From: Octopus vulgaris
Taxonomy: Eukaryota
DNA: 64,000 nucleotides
Assembly: GCA_951406725.2 (NCBI GenBank)
Contig: OX597830.1
Coordinates: 31,558,001-31,622,000 of the forward strand
Reading direction: 5' to 3'
The notes under the pieces are model-generated. The model was not told where the DNA came from. It saw only the letters and a program-made list of their open reading frames with translations, and did no database searches. Below, one piece after another: positions 25,623 through 36,707 of the stretch (position 1 is the stretch's first letter; the number at the start of each line of letters is the position of its first letter). The position numbers were made by a program, and so were the translations under genes.

Positions 25623-26245
25623 ATATTCTTTTCTACTCTAGGCACAAGGCCCGAAATTTTGGGGGAGGGCACAGTCAATTAGATCAACCCCAGTACACAA
25701 CTGGTACTTAATTTGTCAATCCTGAAAGGATGAAAGGTAAAGTCGACTTCAGTAGAATTTGAACTCAGATCATAAAGACAGATGAAATACCTGTTTCTTT
25801 ACTACCCACAAGGGGCTAAACACAGAGGGGACAAAGAAGGACAGATAAATGGATTAAGTTGATTATATCGACCCCAGTGCATAACTGGTACTTATTTAAT
25901 CGACACCAAAAGGATGAAAGGCAAAGTTGACCTCGGCGGAATTTGAACTCAGAACATAGCGGCAGACGAAGTACCGCTAAGCATTTCGCCCAGCGTGCTA
26001 ATGTTTCTGCCAGCTCGCCGCCCTTAAAAATAATCTTTTGTACTCCAGGCCCAAGGCCCGAAAATTTTGGAAAAGGGGCCAGTCGATTAGATCAATCCCA
26101 GTATGCAACTGGAACTTAATTTATCTACCCCGAAAGGATGAAAGGCAAAGTCAACCTCAGCGGAATTTGAACTCAGAACATAAAGACGGATGAAATGCCG
26201 CAAGCATTTCACCCAGCGTGCTAACGATTCTGCCAGCTCACCACC
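25623..26245 (-). mobile_element. Tandem trimer of family A SINEs (25623-25790, 25792-26023, 26030-26245)
   Basis: Three GAAAGGATGAAAGG(C/T)AAAGT..GAATTTGAACTCAGA cores. The middle copy has the Tx1-like tail; the outer ones have the GGGCCTTG(T/G)GCCT(A/G)GAGTA tail. Confidence 0.9.
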
Positions 26246-26299
26246 ATATTGTCTCCTGATATTGTCTACTTCAGTCTCTTGCTGTCTCACTCTGATTCT

Positions 26300-26336
<37 letters not shown>

Positions 26337-26704
26337 ACTCTCCCTCAGATCCTATATTTTCTCACTATCCTTTTCTCTCTTTACTTTGGGACTCATACTG
26401 TCTCTTTCATCTCTTCTTGCTATCTGCATATGTCAGTGTGTGTATATGCATACATGCACACATATATATTAATATATATATGTATGTGTGTATGTGTGTG
26501 TGTATACATGTATGCATGCGTGTGCGAATATATAAGAATATACATTGTTCCTAAGGAAGATCTCAAATGAAACAAGATATCTTCTGTTAGATACAAGACA
26601 AGTTGACACTAGCTCACACACACACAAAAATATATCATATTGCATATCCAATGCATCACACTTAACTTATTTGTCTCTACCTCTGAAGATCTTGCAAATT
26701 TAAT

Positions 26705-26915
26705 AACCAATACCAAACCATATGTCAAAGCACCATGTCAAACTGTGGTGTTAAATCAATGTCAAACCACCATGTCAAATAACGATGTCAAACTAATATC
26801 AAGTCACCGTGTCAAACTATGGTGTTAAACCAATGTCAAATCATCATGTCAAACTATACTGTTAAACCAATGTCAAACTATCATGTCAAATGATGATGCT
26901 AAACCAATGTCAAAT
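26705..26915. repeat. Minisatellite built on a TGTCAAA core (11-13 bp subunits, about 37-bp higher-order unit)
   Basis: CCAATGTCAAA / (C)ACCATGTCAAA / CTATGGTGTTAAA subunits recur, with more than a dozen TG(T/C)(C/T)AAA-type cores. Confidence 0.8.
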
Positions 26916-27109
26916 TCTTCGGCAGCAATCACAATCTCCAAGAGAATCACTTTCTTCTTTATGAAAACTTTTATGAGCTTTCTGACTATCTAGAAAGTGC
27001 AGCAGGAATACACTCTGAGATTTTATTCTGTGGGAACATGTCAAAAGTCCTTAGTCCACAGAATTATCAATATCTTATTTTCTTATAACCATGCTGTCAA
27101 AACCTCAAG

Positions 27110-27185
27110 GAACTTAGTTCTTATCGTGAGGATCTGATTGAAAACTTAGCAATCAAAAAACGCAGAAAACTTTTCAAATATAAAT
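27110..27185 (+). pseudogene. hAT transposase C-terminal remnant
   Basis: EDLIENLAIKKRRKLFKYK* resembles EELIKDFAIQESRRKLFKYK* inside the hAT element at 42676-43101. Confidence 0.45.
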
Positions 27186-27470
27186 AAGAGCACCCAGAGA
27201 GCGCAAACCTCTACCAAGGCAACACCAACATCCTCTCAACGATTAGCTGGAGATGTTTCTTAAAATGAGAATACCTGAAATAAACTCGATTGCTCTCACA
27301 AATCAGAATGCTAAAAAGGAACCTGACTGCTCCCAAATATTAAGTAAAAAACAGGAAAAAATAATCCAGAATCCTTGTCTGGTACCTAATAGATCCCAAA
27401 ATCTAATCAGTTCATGCTAGTCATGGGGCCAAACATCCCTGAAAGTTTCATTCGAATCCAGCCAGTGGTT
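27185..27470 (+). mobile_element. Helentron/HINE-like non-autonomous element fragment
   Basis: AAGAGCACCCAGAGAGCGCAAACCTCTACCAAGG and AAAATCTAATCAGTTC..AAAGTTTCATTCGAATCC resemble the termini and body of DINE-1/HINE-like elements as I recall them. Confidence 0.5.
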
Positions 27471-27504
27471 AGTGCTTTTTATGTGCCACTGGCACAGGAG
27501 CCAG

Positions 27505-28020
27505 TCATAACAAAATTTTTATTTTCTTTTTGTCTTTGGTCAGTAGGTGTCATTTCCTAGAAATCAAAGGAAACGACTATTCCCTTCAAACTTTGCTTTT
27601 GGCCTGGATGTGAATGTTTTGAAACTGACCCATTTTCCATTACATTTCAGATAGATTCAGCACTGAGTTGCTGAAGCAGAAATATCGTTATAGCAAATAT
27701 TCTGCTCATTACCACAGATTCACTTGTTGCCTTTGGTTAGTAAATGTTATTTCTGATTTGTTCAATACCTCAGTTTTATCTGTCAGCTGCTTGACCTTAA
27801 TCCCTTCAGCATGTCCCTTAGTGGCTGACAATATGTGCACCTCTGATTATAAGCAGGAATAGTGAGGGAGAATCATAGCCATGTGTTGTGAGGAATTCTT
27901 TGGGGTTTGAATAAATGTAACAAAAGCAGTTTGAAGGAAACATTAGTCATTCTTCATACTTTCTAGGGGTAAGCAAATAGGGGATAACATTTGCTGTCCA
28001 AGGACAAAAATCGTGTTACA
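27505..28020. mobile_element. Long-TIR MITE interrupted by a family D fragment (27690-27915)
   Basis: TTTTTGTCTTTGGTCAG..CCTAGAAA..CCTTCAAACTTTGCTTTTG (about 27525-27601) is imperfectly inverted at about 27921-28010 (CAAAAGCAGTTTGAAGG..TTTCTAGG..CTGTCCAAGGACAAAAA). Confidence 0.55.
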
Positions 28021-28710
28021 CTGTATAGTCAATGAGTAAAACATAAATTTAAGGAATTTTCTCTTTCTGTGCGGTCTGATGCCAAACAATCTGCAACCCA
28101 GTGTTGGTCTGCAGCATGGTAGTTAGGAGCCCCTGTTCTAGAGAACTTTCATCCTTTTTAAGGGGACAATAAAATAAAGTACCAATCAAGTACTGGGTTG
28201 ATTTAACCATCCATATTTGCTCTCACCTCAAATTCATGGCCTTATGCTTATGCAACGAACAATTATTTTCTCTGAAAGAAACCAGCAGTGGCGTGTTGAA
28301 AATAGTTTGTGCATATCTGCGGATGCATGCATGACTAGATCGTGCATCTGCATGTCTACTTGCATATATACATATGAATACATGTGTGCAAGTATGTGCA
28401 TATATCTGCATGTATGTGCAGGCATCTAGTTGCATAAGCGTGTATTGAATAGGTAGGTGGATGTTTGTGGATTTGATTGAGATGCAGCGGCTGACATAGT
28501 CTACTTAGCCTTAAATATGTCATGCAACAGACAAGATCAATAATGCACCAGTGTGCACCGTCTGCACAATATGCCAGTCTGCTTGAACTGGTATGAGCAT
28601 CTACACACACGTGTGTGTGTGTATTGTTATGTGTACTGTTTATATGTACATACATATACAGGCGTTCATGGATGTTAAACAATGATGATGATGAGGAGGA
28701 TGATATATGC

Positions 28711-28743
<33 letters not shown>

Positions 28744-28834
28744 TGCATGTATCTGTATGTAAATACACAGACATTTAAGTACATGTATGCATATATATAT
28801 ATATATATCATCATCATCATCATCGTTTAGCGTC

Positions 28835-28903
<69 letters not shown>

Positions 28904-29715
28904 AATACACAGACATTTAAGTACATGTATGCATATATATATATATATACATATATATACACACATACCTATATATATACACACACACATATATATGTAC
29001 AAAAACACACATATATGTATGTATGTATATTATTTGTGTTTAATTATATTTATATATATACGTGTGTGTGTGTGTGTATGTATATATGCATATATACACA
29101 CACACATACACACACATATACACATTTACATATGTACATAAATACATATATATATAAATGGGTATATGCATATCTGTATATACATCTACAGAAAGAGAGG
29201 TAGACAGACAGACAGACAAAGAAGAGATTCTGTTAAGTGTCAGTTACTATATAATAGATGCAACCTGAAACAAATTGGTTCATATAATGACAGCAAGTGG
29301 TATTTGCGCTGGTATGGATGGTGGTGGTAGTGTTGGTGATGATGGTGGTGGTGGTGGTGGTGGTGGTGGTGGTAGTGGTGATGGTGGTGGGGAGTAATAG
29401 AAGAGGAACGGTAATAGTAAATTTATATAGGGGTTGCATTAAATCATAGTGTGCTATTCAGTAGTGTTGGTGTTGGGGGTAGTGGTGGTGGTAGTGGTAC
29501 TGGTGGTGGTGTGGTGGTGATGGCAGCAGTTGCATCAATACTGTCTGACATGGTATTGCTGGTCTTGTTTTTGTTGCTGATATTAATGTTGCAGTTAGTG
29601 GTGGCGGTAGTGTTGGTGGTGGTGGTGGTGTTGTAGTTAATGTTAACATTGTTGTTGTTGTTGTTACTGGTATTGGTTTGGTAGTGTTGGTTGGTAGTAG
29701 AGTTGTGAGTTATGG

Positions 29716-29754
<39 letters not shown>

Positions 29755-29777
29755 CGATGATGATGGTGGATAATAAT

Positions 29778-29947
29778 AATCCTTTCTACGATAGGCGCAA
29801 GGCCTGAAATTGGTGATTATTTCAATAACTTTGAAAGGATGAAATGCAAAGTTGACCTCAGGGGAATTTCAACTCAGAACATAAATGCAGATGAAATGCT
29901 GCTAAGCATTTTGCCTGGCATGCTAATGATTCTGCCAATTTGCTGCC

Positions 29948-29949
<2 letters not shown>
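29778..29949 (-). mobile_element. Family A SINE, internally deleted
   Basis: AATCCTTTCTACGATAGGCGCAAGGCC..GAAAGGATGAAATGCAAAGTTGACC..TTCTGCCAATTTGCTGCC. Confidence 0.75.
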
Positions 29950-30000
<51 letters not shown>

Positions 30001-32824
30001 CAGAAGAAGAAGAAGAAGAAGAAGAAGAAACCATCAAACAAAAGGTATCTGCCAAAGCTGCCCGCATAGCGAGGTATGAAAAGCGTGTTAGATTTTTCAA
30101 GGACAACAACATGTTCAAAAATAACACCAAGAATTTTTACAGGAAGATAGGAAAAACAGCGTTTACTGCAGGGTCTGTACCATCAAAAGAAGAAGTGCAG
30201 AGATTTTGGAATAAAATCTGGGCAGAAGAAAAAACACACAACGAAAAGGCCCCCTGGATTGACAGAATATCTACAGAACTGGACTCCTTAGAAGAGCAAA
30301 AGTGGGAGGGTGTCAAGGTAGAAGATATAAGATCTGCTCTCAGGAGGTCAAGCAAATGGAAGTCTCCAGGAAAGGATAAAATTCCTAACTTCTGGCTGAA
30401 TGCCTTCCCAGAGAGCCATGAACTGCTAACAGAACTGTACAATGATGTTTTGCAACATCCTAGTAGGATGCCTCCTTGGCTAGTTAATGGGTTAACATTC
30501 CTGCTTCCAAAAAGTGAAGAAACAAATGAACCAAAAAACTATAGACCCATAACCTGCTTAACAACTATGTACAAAACACTAACATCTGTCCTGACGGAAT
30601 ATACCTATAGTTTTTTAACAGACAGCAGCATATTCCCTAATGAACAGAAAGGATGTAAACGTGGATCCTACGGCTGTAAAGACCAACTACTCCTCAATAA
30701 GATGATCTTAGAAGATTGTCACAAACGACACAAAAACTTATCAATAGCCTGGATAGACTATAAAAAGGCTTTTGATAGCCTACCACATAGCTGGATTAGG
30801 AAATGCCTTGAAATGTATAAGATAGCACCAACTCTGCGAAACTTCTTGACTGTAAGTATGAGATCATGGAGAACCACACTAACTCTGAACAGTGACAGTG
30901 AATCCCTAAATGCTGGTGATGTAAAAATTTCGTGTGGCATTTTCCAGGGTGACTCACTGTCACCACTCCTCTTTTGTTTATCCTTAATACCTCTCTCAAA
31001 GCTGCTCAATGACGCGCAGTACGGGTATAAAATGTTTGATAAAAATATAAATCATCTCGTTTACATGGATGATTTAAAGCTTTTTGCAAAAAATGATCAA
31101 CAACTCAAGGGCTTACTAGCGATAGTCAAACAATTCAGTGACGACATCAGAATGCAATTCGGCCTCGATAAATGTGCAAAGGCTACCTTTATCAAAGGAA
31201 AAATGACAGAAACATCTAACGTTAACCTTGACCAACAGAATGTCATAAAAGAACTAGACCCAGCGGAGAGCTACAAGTACCTAGGGGTAATTGAAGGGAA
31301 CGGAATAAGGCATTCAGAGATGAAGGAAAGGATCAGGAGAGAATGCTATCGAAGAGTGAGAGCAATACTCAAGACAGAGCTGAATGCAAGAAACAGGATC
31401 GAAGCAATCAATGCATTAGCTATACCAGTCGTGACTTACAGTTTCAATATTGTTAACTGGTCAATTACTGAAATATGTCAGCTCGACAGAAAAATAAGGA
31501 AACTGTTGACAATGCATAGAATGCACCACCCTAAGGCAGATACAGAACGACTCTATCTGCCAAGAAAAGAGGGAGGCCATGGTCTTTTGCAACTGGCAAT
31601 AACAATGAAGATTGCTACAATTGGCCTAGACACCTACCTGAAAAACTCTGAGGATTGGATGCTAAAACTTGTCTCAAAACATGAAAACAAGAAAGCATCA
31701 TACTCAGTCACAAAACAGGCAAAGGAATATCTAAGTGAATTCCGAACACAACCAATTTCGGAATTAGAGATAGATATACAAGAAACAAGCACAGAAAAAG
31801 CTAGGCGCATGAAAATCCGTGCCAAAACTGCGGCCTTAGATATTCTGAATAATAAATGGCAAGAAAAACCTCTCTATGGCAAATACCCAAAGAGAGCGAA
31901 TAATGCAGATATCGACAAAGCCCTGACCCATCAATGGCTAATGGCCTCTGGCTTAAAATCTGAAACAGAGGGGTTTATCATAGCAGCTCAAGATCAATGC
32001 CTACCAACAAGAAACTACCAGGCCAACGTATTAAAGATCAGAAGCAGTCCAACGTGTCGTGTATGCAAGAAACAAAATGAAACCATTGACCATGTGGTCT
32101 CCAAGTGCAGTCTTCTAGCGCCTACAGAGTATCTCAACAGGCACGATAGAGCTGCACAATATATTCACTGGGTAATCTGTAAAAACCTGGATTTGCCCCA
32201 TGAAAAAAACTGGTGGGAACACAAACCACCCCCAGTGCTTGAAAATGACCACATCTCACTCCTCTGGAACTTCACCATTCAAACTGACAGAAAGATAGAT
32301 GCAAATAGGCCAGACATCATATTGAAAGACTTCAAACAAAGAACATGCCTCCTCATTGATATGACTGTCCCAATCGATATAAACGTATCTGTCAAGACCT
32401 ACCAAAAACTGAGCAAATATAAAGATCTTGAAATAGAAATCAGCAAAATGTGGAAGCTGAAGACTAAAACAATACCTGTTGTCATAGGTGCCCTGGGAAT
32501 GATAGCAAAAGGGGCTGATAGCTACCTAACTCAGATACCAGGAAACCCCAAAATGGCAGAAGTTCAAAAGATAGTGCTCATGGGAACTGCTCATATCCTA
32601 CGCAAAATACTCTCTATGTAATCTCAAGGTTTAAAACAAACATAATTTTCGGTTTAAAAAAAAAACCTTTTTTCTTAGACATTCATTAGTACAACATCCC
32701 CACCCCCCAAATATATGGCACACTAGGCATAACAGCAACATGAACTTCCAACCCTGTTGTCTCTTGAGGTCTCTGGGTGAGATTGGAGCCAACTTGTACA
32801 AATATAAAGCAAAAGTCAAACATA

Positions 32825-32826
<2 letters not shown>
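30001..32826 (+). mobile_element. 5'-truncated R4/Dong-clade non-LTR retrotransposon inserted in (TAA)n
   Basis: Single ORF with RT, CCHC and RLE, a 3' UTR of about 205 bp ending GTCAAACATAGAA, and pure (TAA)n on both flanks (29949-30000 and 32827-32880). Confidence 0.93.
30111..32621 (+). CDS. R4/Dong polyprotein: reverse transcriptase, CCHC zinc knuckle, PD-(D/E)xK restriction-like endonuclease (N-terminally truncated)
   Basis: RT motifs WKSPGKD, NYRPITCL, WIDYKKAFDS, GIFQGDSLSP, YMDD, FGLDKC, YKYLG; CRVC..ETIDHVVSKC; RHD; NRPDI..LIDMTVP..K..KYKDL. The frame is open upstream to 30000 (ETIKQKVSAKAARIARYEKR), so ATG 30111 is not the native start. Confidence 0.93.
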   Translation: MFKNNTKNFYRKIGKTAFTAGSVPSKEEVQRFWNKIWAEEKTHNEKAPWIDRISTELDSLEEQKWEGVKVEDIRSALRRSSKWKSPGKDKIPNFWLNAFPESHELLTELYNDVLQHPSRMPPWLVNGLTFLLPKSEETNEPKNYRPITCLTTMYKTLTSVLTEYTYSFLTDSSIFPNEQKGCKRGSYGCKDQLLLNKMILEDCHKRHKNLSIAWIDYKKAFDSLPHSWIRKCLEMYKIAPTLRNFLTVSMRSWRTTLTLNSDSESLNAGDVKISCGIFQGDSLSPLLFCLSLIPLSKLLNDAQYGYKMFDKNINHLVYMDDLKLFAKNDQQLKGLLAIVKQFSDDIRMQFGLDKCAKATFIKGKMTETSNVNLDQQNVIKELDPAESYKYLGVIEGNGIRHSEMKERIRRECYRRVRAILKTELNARNRIEAINALAIPVVTYSFNIVNWSITEICQLDRKIRKLLTMHRMHHPKADTERLYLPRKEGGHGLLQLAITMKIATIGLDTYLKNSEDWMLKLVSKHENKKASYSVTKQAKEYLSEFRTQPISELEIDIQETSTEKARRMKIRAKTAALDILNNKWQEKPLYGKYPKRANNADIDKALTHQWLMASGLKSETEGFIIAAQDQCLPTRNYQANVLKIRSSPTCRVCKKQNETIDHVVSKCSLLAPTEYLNRHDRAAQYIHWVICKNLDLPHEKNWWEHKPPPVLENDHISLLWNFTIQTDRKIDANRPDIILKDFKQRTCLLIDMTVPIDINVSVKTYQKLSKYKDLEIEISKMWKLKTKTIPVVIGALGMIAKGADSYLTQIPGNPKMAEVQKIVLMGTAHILRKILSM

Positions 32827-32879
<53 letters not shown>

Positions 32880-32985
32880 CATGATAATAATAAAGAATGG
32901 ATAGTATGATACCACAGGCTGCAGGTAGCAAGCCCGCTATGCATGTAAGGCTCCAAGAACTCCAACAAAACACATGATAAAGAGA

Positions 32986-33017
<32 letters not shown>

Positions 33018-33057
33018 TAATGATTATTATTATTATCATTATTGTTATCATTACCAT

Positions 33058-34357
33058 TTATTGACTTTGCACAGTTTCTGACGCTGGAGATGTACTACAG
33101 TGCCAGCTGTTCCCTACCAGTGAACTAAGGTAACACCCATAATTTTTCGAGCACCATCCGGAGTATTCGAGCGGTTCCAAGCAGTGCTGTTTTCAGCAAG
33201 TGCTCCACCCTTATTGCAGCCCCTTTTTGTTCCATGTACTTCTCAAAATTTTTACTCACTGTTCCCAGGGCTCTGACAATTATTGGTACTACTACCACCT
33301 TTTTCAGTGACCACAACTGCTTAACCTCCCAAGCTAACCTGTTATATCTATCAACATTTTTTTCTTCCTTATTGCATACCTTGTAGTCAGTTGGGCACGC
33401 TATATTTATGATCCAGCATAGTTTGCTTTCTTTTTCAATTAACACTATGTCTGGTTTCCTATTCTCTATATCATGGTTGCACTGAATTATAAAATCCCAT
33501 AGGATCTTTGTATTATCATTTTCGATAATGCCTTCAGGTTTATGTTCATACCACTTTTTGCTCTGTCAAGTTCATACTTGTTACAAAGTGTCCAATGGAC
33601 AAGCCTTGCTATATTGTCATGACATCTCTTATATTCCTTCTGGGCTAGAGGTATACATTGACTGGTAATATGCCATACGGTTTCACCATTTTGTCCACAA
33701 ATTCTGCACTTATCACTTTCTGATGTGTTGTCTATTCTGTATTTGATGTAATTGATTCTTTAATGCTTGCTCTTGGGCAGCACAGATTTGAGCCTCCATT
33801 TTGGGTTTTAAATCACTTTTAGTCATCCATAGCCATCTTTTTTCTCTGTCTGTCTTATCTTCAGCATCCCTATGAAATTGTCCATGCATTCTTTTCTTTG
33901 TCCACCAATCTTCAATTTCATTCACTCTTAAGTGCTTCATCTTTGCAAACTTTCATCCTTCAAAAGCCTGACCTTCTTATTTCCAGTAATAGTGGTTCTG
34001 TGGTATTCTTTACATAGCATGCTATGTTGTTTTCTTCTGCTCTAATGCTGTGTTCACATCCAATCAGTCCTCTTCCCCCTCTTTTTCTTTGTACATACAG
34101 TCTATCTATGTCACTTTTTAGATGAAGTATCCCATATCGAGTCAGCAACCTCCTTGTCTTGCTGTTTAAGCTGTTTTGTTTGCAATTACCTCTGCTCCAT
34201 ATCTAATTAGTGAAACCACCCAGTTGTTGATAGCTTCAATCTGATCCTGTCCATTTAATTTTGACTTAAGGATCAGTCTCAGACTGTGCAAGAACTCTGC
34301 CTTAATTTTTTCTGTCATTTCTTTCTCCATCAATTTATCCATTTCCAAAATGTTCAG
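33058..34357 (-). pseudogene. Decayed Dong-type element (3' 1.3 kb), tail-to-tail with the intact copy
   Basis: Track ORFs 34166-34447 (RLILKSKLNG..AIN), 33960-34148 (DIDRLYVQRKRGGRGL), 33713-33940 (MHGQF..ICAAQEQAL) and 33125-33445 (VVPIIVRALG..ALLGTARIL). Confidence 0.9.
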
Positions 34358-34999
34358 CATAGTAGCAGCAGTGTTGATAACCACAAAGGAGAGTATATCC
34401 ACTGAGAACTTTTTGGTGCATTCAAAAATCACATACCCACCATCCACATTTCTATGATAAGGTTAGGGCCTGGAATCTTCCAAGCAGACGCATGACATAT
34501 CACTTGGTCGAATTAGCCCTTCATTTATTCCACAAATGTTGTGTTGTCAATGCTGCAATGAATAAAATGATAGGAAAATATCATCAAATTTATACAAAAC
34601 TGTTTGATTGAATATTCTTCTTCTTTTCCTTTTCTTTTTTCTTTCTTTTTCTTTATTCTCTTTTTTTCTTTCTTTTTCTTTTTGCCAGTTGTAAACTTGA
34701 AATTTGAAGACTTATGATGTCATTCCATCAATGTGGGGACACTGGTTGCTCTTGTTAATATATTGGATTTGAATTTATATAATTTTGAATTTTTATCACT
34801 TCTCATTTTGAACTCCTCAAAGACACACTAGCTGTCAAAATATCATGCAACCAATGAAATATCGATTGAAATTGCATCGCGCTCTTCACATTGTCAATTT
34901 ACCTTTGTGAAGAGTTACATCAATCCTTTTAAGATATTTTGATTATTACATCATACGTAAGCAAACATAGGTTTGTTTTTGAAGCATTGAAATGTATTG

Positions 35000-35197
35000 T
35001 AGAACAAATAGAAAGATATATTTTTTCAACACGTGAATACTGAACAGTATATATAAAGGATAGAATGCTTTTAAGAGCAGAAAAATTTGCCAGCTACCAG
35101 CCAGTTACTAGCAAATTTTTCTGCTCTAAAATGGATTTTATCCTTTATATACACTGTTCAGTTTTTACATGCTGAAAAAATATTTTTCTACTTGTTC

Positions 35198-35199
<2 letters not shown>
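35000..35199. repeat. 200-bp imperfect palindrome (fold-back/MITE-like)
   Basis: Arms 35000-35093 and 35108-35199 are reverse complements, e.g. ACTGAACAGTATATATAAAGGATA / TATCCTTTATATACACTGTTCAGT and AGAGCAGAAAAATTTGC / GCAAATTTTTCTGCTCT. Confidence 0.85.
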
Positions 35200-35254
<55 letters not shown>

Positions 35255-35256
<2 letters not shown>

Positions 35257-35545
35257 GAAAACTCATAGCATGTTTTACTGATGGGAAGTGTAAGCTGTCC
35301 ACAGCCAGTAGACTAAGGTAACACCTGCTTACTGGTCATGCTTCAAGAACCCTGCAATGAATTCTTGCAGTTCCAAGCAATGCTTTTTTTTATAGGCATT
35401 CTACCTTCACACTTGCACCAATCTTTTTCAGCCATGTTGGTAGTTGAGTGCTGATGCTTCCAAATGCATCAGTTACTATTGGTATCACGTCTACTCTCTT
35501 CATTGACCTCAACCTTCATAGTTCCCACTTCAAAGTTATTTATTT
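35255..35545 (-). pseudogene. Dong-type 3' end
   Basis: Minus-strand VIPIVTDAFGSISTQLPTWLKKIGASVKVECL*KKALLGTARI, adjacent to (TTA)n at 35200-35253. Confidence 0.7.
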
Positions 35546-35689
35546 TCTCTTTTGCAATCTTTTGCAATCGTTTTGATATTAAGATAGAAAAAAATTGACC
35601 CTGTTTGCAAAACATTCTGGACTTGGGTTTGCACCCCTAAGCAGATTCCGTTCCCACACTTATTGTTCATGTCTTACCTAAGTACTTTT

Positions 35690-35940
35690 TGGAGTATTGT
35701 AGGCTTAGTGATTAGGGTGATGGACTCATGATCATCAGATAGTGGTTTCAATTCCAGGACCAGGCAATGCATTGTATTCTTGAGCAAAACATTTCATTTC
35801 ACATTGTTCCAGTCCACTCAGCTGACAAAAATGAGTAACCCTGCGATGGACCAGCACCCCATCCAGGTGGGGAATACATATGCCCTTGAGACCGGGAAAC
35901 TGGCCCTTATGGGTTGGCATGACTTGAGAAGATATCCTTA
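35690..35940 (+). mobile_element. tRNA-headed SINE, family E
   Basis: GGCTTAGTGATTAGG (A-box-like), GGTTTCAATTCC (B-box-like), CTTGAGCAAAACATTT, and CCCTGCGATGGACCAGCACCCCATCCAGG, a motif seen in many metazoan SINE bodies. Confidence 0.7.
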
Positions 35941-36669
35941 TCTGTTTTTTTTTATTGTTATTGGTGTGGTAATTGTTACTGCTGTTGTTGTTTCAGCTTC
36001 TGGTCAGCCCATGGTCAAAAGCATTCCAGCTGTAATAAGCTCATCTTTTTCTTAGGTGCAGCAAAATCAGTGCTTTTGTTTTTGGGGATGTATTTTTGAA
36101 AAAAAAAAGGTGAGTTGCTTTTGCATGGAAGCTCATCTTTTCCTCTATTTGTTTGGATTCTTTGTTATTTTGTCATTGCCATCATAGCCAACTTCCTTGA
36201 ACCATCACAATCATCATCATCAACATCATCATCATCATCACCACCACCACCACCACCACAGCCACCAACATGATGATGATCATTATCATCATCACGAAGA
36301 TGGTGACGATGATGGTGGTGATGAAGTTGGTAACATCAACATCAGTGTCATAGTCATCGTCATCATTGTTATGATAATGATGATGATGATGATGATGATG
36401 GTGGAATTATCACTGCCACTGTAAATGTTGCCATCGTCATCTTCCTTGTTGTTGTCTTCGTTATCATCATCATTGTTATCACCATCACCATCATCATCAT
36501 CTTCATCGACATCACCAACAGTAGCAGCAACACTATCATTATCGTCATTGACGTCTTCCTTCTCTTCATCGTCATCTTCATCACCATCATTGTCCTCCTC
36601 CTCATCCTCCTCTTCCACCATTTCCTCTTGCTCATCATCACCATCATCAACATTTCTTTACCACCCATG

Positions 36670-36707
<38 letters not shown>

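Noticed and set aside
25594-26274. 18-bp direct repeat TGATATTGTCTACTTCAG as a TSD of a composite SINE-trimer insertion
   Set aside because: It does not abut the SINE ends, and further TGATATT/ATATTGTCT copies lie between; better explained as a pre-existing short tandem repeat.
26705-26915. CRISPR-like short repeat/spacer appearance
   Set aside because: Eukaryotic context, 7-bp cores with 4-6 bp related spacers, and no cas genes; it is a minisatellite.
28755-28945. Direct repeat of GTAAATACACAGACATTTAAGTACATGTATGC
   Set aside because: Simple slippage duplication between (TA)n tracts with no further structure.
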